Translations under genes and position numbers: made by a program
The notes under the pieces: generated by a model
What the model was told of the DNA's origin: nothing
The model's database searches: none
Seen by the model: only the letters and a program-made list of their open reading frames with translations
Origin: an uncultured Candidatus Saccharibacteria bacterium
GTDB lineage: Bacteria > Patescibacteriota > Saccharimonadia > Saccharimonadales > AWTP1-31
DNA length: 64,000 nucleotides
Direction: 5' to 3'
Assembly: GCA_964530555.1 (NCBI GenBank)
Contig: CAZHBD010000002.1
Span: 1,036-65,035, forward strand
Shown here: positions 58,576 through 64,000 of the stretch, in pieces
Position numbering within the stretch: position 1 is the first letter of the stretch
Layout: the number at the start of each line of letters is the position of its first letter

Positions 58576-58608
58576 TTTTGGAGGACATCCTAGAACATGT
58601 TGCAACTG
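58576..58608 (+). repeat. array repeat R1b (TTTGGAGGACATCCTAGAACATGTTGCAACTG)
   Basis: Matches the consensus ATTGGAGGGCCATCGTAGAAC…GCAACTAA. Confidence 0.65.
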
Positions 58609-58670
58609 TTTTCAATGGCTGTACACAGACATGTTAAGAGCACCTTTCATCGATAATCTGTGCTATATTT

Positions 58671-59465
58671 ATGCTTATGGTAATTAAAAATCAATCAGGA
58701 TTCAGTGCTATCGTTTTATTAATCGTCATAGCCTTGATTTTGGGAATTGGGTTCGTTGGGTACGGCGTCGCTAAGAATAAAGATGAAGGTAAAACCAAAC
58801 AAAATCCTCAAAGTACTCATTCTACGGTAGAGTCTGGTAAAGTTGCTCAAAAATCGTGCGATACTGCGCCTACAATTTCTCTTCCAGTGGAAAGCCAACG
58901 CGTAAAAAGCATTTTGTATCCTGGCCAGGTACGGGGCAATAATTTCAAGCCCCACGGTGGCTTTATACTTAACGGTACCAACCAAGCGGATATATCACTG
59001 CCACTTGATGCTAAAGTCATAGATGGCGTACGGTACATAGAGATGGGCGAGGTGCAGTATATGTTTGATTTCGAGGCGGATTGTGGTTATCGGTTTCGAC
59101 TCGATCATCTGAACACCTTAACTGCTGAGTTTCAGAAAATTGCCGAACAACTACCAGCGCCGACTGAAAGCTCTCAAACGACGATGGTTAATTCAGCCAA
59201 TTTCGACGCGGGTACAAAGGTGGCTCTTAAAGTTGGCTTTGTTAAGACAGGCAATAACTCATTTGATTTTGGTCTCTATAATATGAATAAACAGAATGCC
59301 GTTTCTAAACAGGCCGATTGGCCTAATGATTTTCAGCACCAAACAGAGTTAGCCACTCATGGCGTGTGTTGGTTCGACTTTCTTTCAACGAAAGATGAAA
59401 CTTTTGTACGGTCTCTGCCAGCCGGAGATGGCCAGCAAGGTACCAATAGCGTCTATTGCAAATAA
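58671..59465 (+). CDS. membrane-anchored hypothetical protein (cassette cargo)
   Basis: N-terminal TM helix. 264 aa. No recognisable motif. Confidence 0.45.
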   Translation: MLMVIKNQSGFSAIVLLIVIALILGIGFVGYGVAKNKDEGKTKQNPQSTHSTVESGKVAQKSCDTAPTISLPVESQRVKSILYPGQVRGNNFKPHGGFILNGTNQADISLPLDAKVIDGVRYIEMGEVQYMFDFEADCGYRFRLDHLNTLTAEFQKIAEQLPAPTESSQTTMVNSANFDAGTKVALKVGFVKTGNNSFDFGLYNMNKQNAVSKQADWPNDFQHQTELATHGVCWFDFLSTKDETFVRSLPAGDGQQGTNSVYCK

Positions 59466-59495
59466 CAAAAAAGATCCGATCCTTTTCAAGTATAG

Positions 59496-59535
59496 CCGGG
59501 ATTGGAGGGCCATCGTAGACTCTATTTCAACTAAG
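59496..59535 (+). repeat. array repeat R2 (CCGGGATTGGAGGGCCATCGTAGACTCTATTTCAACTAA)
   Basis: Contains 12/12 identity to the tRNA-Lys 3' end (GATGGCCCTCCA, reverse complement). Its CTA supplies the stop codon of the 59531..60160 gene. Confidence 0.8.
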
Positions 59536-60160
59536 CTGGATTTAGCATAGAACGAGCCAACTCAATAGCTAATTCATTATCAGGCGTTGGATATTTAGGC
59601 GGTGCGTATCTTGAGGGGTTCCATATCAGATCGTATGCGGAACGAATTTCGTCAACAGATGCGTCCAGTAGCGGTGGTGTAATCCAAGGCATCCATCTGC
59701 GATATTCATGATTAGGATCTAGATGGTTATCTCTGAAGTCAACCGCAACTTTAGTGACCCAATCAATAGTTTGCTCATAGTCAGCTTCTGTGTAATGTAG
59801 TATCTTTTTGGTTGGAAAGGACCCACGACCACCCTGATGGATATAGTCTGCACCTAAACCGACATAGCTGAAAAACTGTCCGAAACTAGGATCGATATAT
59901 ACTTTCTTACCCTCTTCGACAGTAGTTGCTAAAGCGTGTGTTCCTAAATCAAATTTGTTCTGAACTTCGTTAACTTCTACTCGTGAAGTTACGCCGACTT
60001 CGTTTAGGTATGCACAAACAACACGACTGGCAAACCCACAGATTCGGTTGCGCAATTGTAGATCCAAAGCCAACTCAAGGGTATGAGATCCAGGAAGCGT
60101 TCGCACACCTTCTTCAAATATCTCAATTGGCAAACCTTCAATCAGATCAACCACAGTCAT
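59531..60160 (-). CDS. hypothetical protein (cassette cargo)
   Basis: 209 aa. The start abuts a perfect 10-bp hairpin (AACTATACTA/TAGTATAGTT). Confidence 0.45.
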   Translation of the reverse strand: MTVVDLIEGLPIEIFEEGVRTLPGSHTLELALDLQLRNRICGFASRVVCAYLNEVGVTSRVEVNEVQNKFDLGTHALATTVEEGKKVYIDPSFGQFFSYVGLGADYIHQGGRGSFPTKKILHYTEADYEQTIDWVTKVAVDFRDNHLDPNHEYRRWMPWITPPLLDASVDEIRSAYDLIWNPSRYAPPKYPTPDNELAIELARSMLNPA

Positions 60161-60200
60161 AAAAAAACTATACTAAATAATAGTATAGTTTTCAAGTCAA

Positions 60201-60235
60201 ATTGGAGGGCCATCATAGAATATGTAGCAACTAAC
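60201..60235 (+). repeat. array repeat R3 (ATTGGAGGGCCATCATAGAATATGTAGCAACTAA)
   Basis: Contains 12/12 identity to the tRNA-Lys 3' end. Its CTA supplies the stop of the small ORF at 60231..60407. Confidence 0.8.
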
Positions 60236-60407
60236 TTATTTGCTCTTCAGGCTCTATAGGCGGAACAACAATAACTTCTCGTAATGGAATAATTGGGGGA
60301 TTTGGTCGAACCTTGATCGTCTTACATACTTCGCCTATACCGGCTTGTGCATTTGCCCACATTTCCATGTCTTCGGCTGCAGCGTCAAATCCTTCGCTTT
60401 CTGTCAT
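60231..60407 (-). CDS. 58-aa acidic small protein (cassette cargo)
   Basis: AAGGAG RBS 7 nt upstream, with TGTATAAT (extended -10) further upstream. Not in the ORF track because it is under 60 aa. Confidence 0.4.
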   Translation of the reverse strand: MTESEGFDAAAEDMEMWANAQAGIGEVCKTIKVRPNPPIIPLREVIVVPPIEPEEQIS

Positions 60408-60447
60408 GCCTATTCTCCTTTATGGAATTATACATTAAGAAACATAA

Positions 60448-60500
60448 ACTCCTCAGACTGAGGAGCTTTAACATAACCGGGATTGGAGGGCATCGTGGAG
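60448..60500 (+). repeat. array repeat R4 with terminator hairpin (ACTCCTCAGACTGAGGAGC … CCGGGATTGGAGGGCATCGTGGAG)
   Basis: Homologous to the tRNA-Lys 3' end plus its downstream terminator flank. Confidence 0.8.
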
Positions 60501-60523
60501 ATTGATAGAATAAAAAGTTTGCC

Positions 60524-61066
60524 GTGCTACACTTAACTTTGAATAATTCATGCCATATGAGTAAGCTAGTCGAAATTGCCGTTCCACAATATAAGTTTAA
60601 TAACGACTTAAACCTAGAGTCCGTAAGTAAGGCTATTGATTACCATCTTCTTGCCAACTTTAAAGGCAAAAAAGTTGTCATTAGAGGCATACAGTCGGCG
60701 AAGCATACTTTACCCAAGAATAAGCTAATTCAGCAGATCATCGACACGGGAGTAGACCGCTACGAAGAAGGCAGTAAAAATGAAGTAAAAGTTACGGATA
60801 AGCCAGTTGATCTTTTTGGCTATGCATGCACACTTGGAAAACGTCCAGTAGTATTACCTATTTTGGAAGGTTTCCATAAATGGAAGCCTAAATCTTTAGA
60901 ACGTCCTCAAAGTCGGGTTGATATTTGGATGATCTATGATGTAAGTCAACTCCAAAATATTGAGTATACTCACAAACTTTATAACGTAAAAGCCAAGGAT
61001 GGGTATATCTTTTTGGATTCAGGCCAAAAAGAAACTGCCTTACTTGGCGTAATCGTAATTAAGTAG
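60524..61066 (+). CDS. hypothetical protein (cassette cargo, opposite orientation)
   Basis: 180 aa with a GTG start at 60524 or an ATG at 60557. Confidence 0.4.
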   Translation: MLHLTLNNSCHMSKLVEIAVPQYKFNNDLNLESVSKAIDYHLLANFKGKKVVIRGIQSAKHTLPKNKLIQQIIDTGVDRYEEGSKNEVKVTDKPVDLFGYACTLGKRPVVLPILEGFHKWKPKSLERPQSRVDIWMIYDVSQLQNIEYTHKLYNVKAKDGYIFLDSGQKETALLGVIVIK

Positions 61067-61238
61067 AAACTCCTTTTGGGGGGGGCAGGAGGAAACGCGC
61101 TACTGCGCTCGTTCTCGGAATGTATTCCTGTGAGCGAGCTTGTCGACCGAACCCTCGACTTGCATCTACTAAAGTAGCTGCGTCTCGGGTAAGACCCTAC
61201 TCACCATTGAAAAGCCCCCAGGCAAGCTGAGGTCATTT

Positions 61239-61273
61239 CAATGGAGGGCCTTCGTAGAACTTATCGCAACTAA
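61239..61273 (+). repeat. array repeat R5 (CAATGGAGGGCCTTCGTAGAACTTATCGCAACTAA)
   Basis: Matches the consensus. Its CTA supplies the stop codon of the GAPDH gene. Confidence 0.75.
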
Positions 61274-62295
61274 ATTCCAGTTCCAACCTGCTCAGTAACT
61301 TCGGCAACCCTGTTTCCGTATCCCCACTCATTGTCAAACCATGCTTGGATGTTGATGTGAGTTCCCTCACCGGAGTGAAATGCCGTAACTCGTTTAGGGT
61401 CAATAAGTGAAGAAACACTTTTTCCAAGAACTTTTTCTAAAAACATACCTCCAGAACTTATCCCAATTATGCCTTCGTGGCTACCCGCCGCTGCTTCCTG
61501 GAGGATTTCCACAATATCCCTTGCACTAAAATGCCCCAAAACCCCCAAGGTTAGCATAGCAACGCTACCGTCTGGAATGTTAATGCGCAGGCTTTCTGCG
61601 TTAAAAAATTGAAGTTCCGGAAATAGTCTATGTACTTCTTTTGCCGACCCGGTCGATGCAGGCAATACTGATGCTAAGCCCCGGCGACTACTTACGTCTT
61701 TGCCACGCCCGTCTAACGGTCGCTGCGAATTAGTAAACGCATGTGTAATCTTAGCATTTCCCCATCTAACATTTGCTTGATCACTAATAACCTTAACAAT
61801 TGGTGCAATACAGTTTGTGCTACAAGATGATACTGCAACAACATCTTCGATAGCATTAATATTGGCTTCGCTATCATTAACTCCACGCACAATCGTCGGG
61901 ATTGAATCATCTCGTGCAGGTGCAGTAATAACAACACGTTTTGCCCCAGATTCAAGGTGCCCTTGAACTGCTTGTCGAGTCAGGTATTGACCAGTGGATT
62001 CAACTACCACCAATCTGTCACTTAACTGTCCCCAAGGTGCTTCTTGAGGATTCCTAAAGCTGTGGATTGCAATCTCTCTGTGATCGACAACAATACAGCC
62101 ATCGGCTTCTGCAACACTATGCCCGACAAAATCTCTGTGCACCTGATCGAATTCAAGGCGAGCTGCTGCATCATGAACATCCGCGTCACCGCCTACATTC
62201 AAAGCCAAAACATCCAAGCCTTCTGAATCAATAGCTATTCGGCTATATACCATGCCTATACGACCAAATCCATTAACAGCTGTCTCTACGCTCAT
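61270..62295 (-). CDS. gap: glyceraldehyde-3-phosphate dehydrogenase family (type I), divergent copy carried as cassette cargo
   Basis: NGFGRIG NAD-binding motif, active-site SSCSTNCIAP and C-terminal WFDNEWGY. Confidence 0.75.
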   Translation of the reverse strand: MSVETAVNGFGRIGMVYSRIAIDSEGLDVLALNVGGDADVHDAAARLEFDQVHRDFVGHSVAEADGCIVVDHREIAIHSFRNPQEAPWGQLSDRLVVVESTGQYLTRQAVQGHLESGAKRVVITAPARDDSIPTIVRGVNDSEANINAIEDVVAVSSCSTNCIAPIVKVISDQANVRWGNAKITHAFTNSQRPLDGRGKDVSSRRGLASVLPASTGSAKEVHRLFPELQFFNAESLRINIPDGSVAMLTLGVLGHFSARDIVEILQEAAAGSHEGIIGISSGGMFLEKVLGKSVSSLIDPKRVTAFHSGEGTHINIQAWFDNEWGYGNRVAEVTEQVGTGI

Positions 62296-62344
62296 ATCTT
62301 AAATACTAACCTTTGTGTCGATAACCAAGCAAGCATAAGAAAAA

Positions 62345-62409
62345 CTCCTCTGGATGAGGAGTCTAAGCATAACCGGATTGGGGGGCATCGTGGACGTTGT
62401 CGCGACTAA
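62345..62409 (+). repeat. array repeat R6 with terminator hairpin (CTCCTCTGGATGAGGAG … CCGGATTGGGGGGCATCGTGGACGTTGTCGCGACTAA)
   Basis: Homologous to the tRNA-Lys 3' end plus its terminator flank. Confidence 0.8.
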
Positions 62410-62411
62410 TT

Positions 62412-62927
62412 TTATGCTGAATCGAGTTTAGTAACAAGTTCTTTATAAGATTCTTCGATTGTTCCGTCTGTATGAATTATTATTCTTTCATCTTTCCATG
62501 GCTGATACTCGGTTTCCCTAACTTGTACATGGTCCCACGAGATTTCTTTCATACCAGGAATATTACGAACTCGGTTCTCCACTCGTTGTTTGTGTAATAA
62601 ACGGTCTTTAGTCGCGCATTCAACAATCTCCAGCTGAATACCATGTTCTTTTGCTAGGTTACGCCAGATTTCCCTCGCCTCTTCTACAGGGTTAACGGCA
62701 TCAATAATCACGCACTTATTAAGTTTCAGCTGCTGGTTGGCAATAACTTTCAAAATGTTATATGCTGCTCTTCCCAAGTTATCATCGTTCTTTACGCCAC
62801 TGAGCTTCATTTCGCCCTCGATAGGATCAACAGATAACCAGAGTACATCCGTGTTCTCTGCATACATTTTTGAAAGTGTACTCTTCCCGGACCCAGGTAT
62901 ACCACTAAAGATTATGAGTCTTTTCAT
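62412..62927 (-). CDS. P-loop kinase (AAA_33/zeta-toxin/polynucleotide-kinase-like fold)
   Basis: Walker A at the extreme N-terminus (IIFSGIPGSGKSTL). About 171 aa. Confidence 0.65.
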   Translation of the reverse strand: MKRLIIFSGIPGSGKSTLSKMYAENTDVLWLSVDPIEGEMKLSGVKNDDNLGRAAYNILKVIANQQLKLNKCVIIDAVNPVEEAREIWRNLAKEHGIQLEIVECATKDRLLHKQRVENRVRNIPGMKEISWDHVQVRETEYQPWKDERIIIHTDGTIEESYKELVTKLDSA

Positions 62928-62950
62928 GCCTTAATGATATCAAAGAAAAA

Positions 62951-63000
62951 CTCCTCAGGCTGAGGAGTTTAAGCATAACCGGGATTGGAGGTCGTTACAC
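62951..63000 (+). repeat. array repeat R7 with terminator hairpin (CTCCTCAGGCTGAGGAG … CCGGGATTGGAGGTCGTTACAC)
   Basis: Homologous to the tRNA-Lys 3' end plus its terminator flank. Confidence 0.8.
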
Positions 63001-63129
63001 CAACAAGTTCGCACCCATGCTCGAAGAACTCATTCGCTGGAGAGGTATCATTGGTAAAGATTTTGAGAGTAATAAAGAGGTAGAACGTCTGAACAGTAGT
63101 AGCTACATTCCTTAGGGGGTTAGCACAGT

Positions 63130-63543
63130 CTAGTCTATTAAATTCATCTCAACGAGTCGAGGCATGACATTGTGCTCGAATATAGAACCAAGCGGTACGC
63201 CGGTTGTATGGGTGTTAACCCACATTATCTCTTCAATCTCACTACTTGGAGCTGGCTCACCCTTAGCGTTTCTGACGAGGAACACCTTCATCTCGACAAC
63301 TTTACTTTCGTTACCAGCGGCTTCAGCGGTGAATGTGCCAATCTCTTCTAGGTCTTCCTCTACTACTTCGACCTGCACTTCTTCCATTAACTCACGAACA
63401 AGGGTAGCTTTTGCTGTCTCGTCGCCTTCAGGTTTACCACCTGGCCCTACAAATACATCTTTACCCTTAGTACGAGTCACTAAGAACTTACGGTCTTTAA
63501 TAAGAACACCACCTGATTTGAGTATGTCTGGGGCTTTTGTCAT
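63130..63543 (-). CDS. NUDIX hydrolase
   Basis: Nudix box GGKPEGDETAKATLVRELMEEVQV. An extended -10-like TGATATACT lies 6 nt upstream of the ATG, with no Shine-Dalgarno sequence. Confidence 0.7.
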   Translation of the reverse strand: MTKAPDILKSGGVLIKDRKFLVTRTKGKDVFVGPGGKPEGDETAKATLVRELMEEVQVEVVEEDLEEIGTFTAEAAGNESKVVEMKVFLVRNAKGEPAPSSEIEEIMWVNTHTTGVPLGSIFEHNVMPRLVEMNLID

Positions 63544-63554
63544 GGTGACAGTAT

Positions 63555-63588
63555 ATCAAAGAAAAAAGACTCCTCATCAGAGAAGTCC
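63555..63588 (-). terminator. rho-independent terminator immediately 3' of tRNA-Lys (GACTTCTC-TGAT-GAGGAGTC + TTTTTTCTTT)
   Basis: An 8-bp stem (one G-U pair) followed by a T-run. The same stem and tail family recurs in R4, R6 and R7. Confidence 0.65.
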
Positions 63589-63603
63589 TATAGTGCTAAT
63601 GCT

Positions 63604-63680
63604 TGGAGGGCCATCTGGGACTCGAACCCAGGACACGCGGCTTAAGAGGCCGCTGCTCTAACCAGCTGAGCTAATGGCCC
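63604..63680 (-). tRNA. tRNA-Lys (anticodon CTT)
   Basis: Acceptor GGGCCAT/ATGGCCC, anticodon loop CTCTTAA, T-loop GGTTCGAGTCC and an encoded CCA. Confidence 0.9.
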
Positions 63681-63779
63681 AAACTATTGGGACCGAAAAA
63701 TCTTACCATATTACCCCTGTAAAGACAATCAGTTTCTTATTTGGTTATGCTTGCGCTCGCTGGGTTTGTGGGTAGACTT

Positions 63780-64000
63780 ATGAGTATGACCAATCCAACT
63801 AACTTTGAGTTCCGTCGAAAACATCTAAGCGTTCCCCATGAACCCAGACTTTTAGTCGCTGCGCAGGAACTGTGGGACGCACTGCCAGGTTCCGCCAAAA
63901 GCGACCTAGATCCACCAACGACTCATACCCCGTTAACTGATACGGAGCGATTATATATTGCAGCCGATGATGTCATGCTGTCGTTCTTCACAAGCCCCAA
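63780..64000 (+). CDS. hypothetical protein (3'-partial at window edge)
   Basis: ATG at 63780 with an open frame running to the end of the window. Confidence 0.3.
   Translation, partial: MSMTNPTNFEFRRKHLSVPHEPRLLVAAQELWDALPGSAKSDLDPPTTHTPLTDTERLYIAADDVMLSFFTSP

Noticed and set aside
58671..59465. Type IV pilin call for the 264-aa protein (N-terminus …QSGFSAIVLLIV…)
   Set aside because: It has a G-F start but lacks the conserved Glu at +5 of the prepilin motif. Left as a generic membrane-anchored protein.
61170..61200. T-loop-like GGGTTCGGTCGAC as an extra tRNA gene in the cassette array
   Set aside because: No complete cloverleaf can be built (position 58 is G and there is no acceptor or anticodon arm). 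At most it is a tRNA or att remnant, and it is reported as part of the GC-rich structured segment.
1..64000. rRNA genes, CRISPR arrays, transposase or integrase genes
   Set aside because: No long structured RNA with rRNA signatures and no repeat-spacer arrays were found. No ORF shows a recombinase (R..HxxR..Y) or DDE transposase signature on reading the translations.

Overview
This 64-kb window reads as a compact bacterial chromosome segment of about 50% GC, with short intergenic regions and many small genes. All seven tRNA genes encode their CCA ends. The gene content includes sortases with LPxTG-like substrates, a type IV pilin-like gene, an HTH-MurA fusion and NUDIX paralogs. This would fit a small-genome Gram-positive-like or CPR/Saccharibacteria-like organism; that placement is inference only. 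Recognisable housekeeping genes are rny, glyA, murB, the folC-folA pair, an Hsp20, MPG glycosylase, a P1B-type ATPase and an aspartokinase-family protein. tRNA genes present are Pro(TGG), Pro(CGG), His(GTG), Arg(TCT), Gly(TCC), Arg(TCG) and Lys(CTT).

Three accessory regions stand out:
- A roughly 6-kb island sits directly 3' of tRNA-Pro(CGG). It carries a DUF488 gene, a complete Type III restriction-modification system (Mod+Res), an alpha/beta hydrolase and a nucleoside-deoxyribosyltransferase-like/MazG fusion.
- A sortase locus contains a 58-aa peptide that is little more than an LPATG sorting signal. It sits with a CBM-bearing polysaccharide deacetylase and a GT2 glycosyltransferase.
- An AT-rich array of about 6.4 kb (57.25-63.6 kb) lies downstream of tRNA-Lys(CTT). 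It holds at least 9 direct repeats. Each repeat reproduces the last 12 nt of tRNA-Lys plus its downstream terminator and promoter flank, and each repeat pair brackets one or two small genes (NUDIX, P-loop kinase, a GAPDH, DUF805, small ORFs). This looks like tandem site-specific integration of single-gene cassettes at a tRNA attachment site. No integrase is visible in the window.

Two further signals are worth noting. A structured leader of about 100 nt, with compensatory stem changes, is conserved upstream of tRNA-Pro(CGG) and tRNA-His. A promoter-associated ACAGGGG/CCCCTGT motif recurs across the window. No rRNA or CRISPR array is present.
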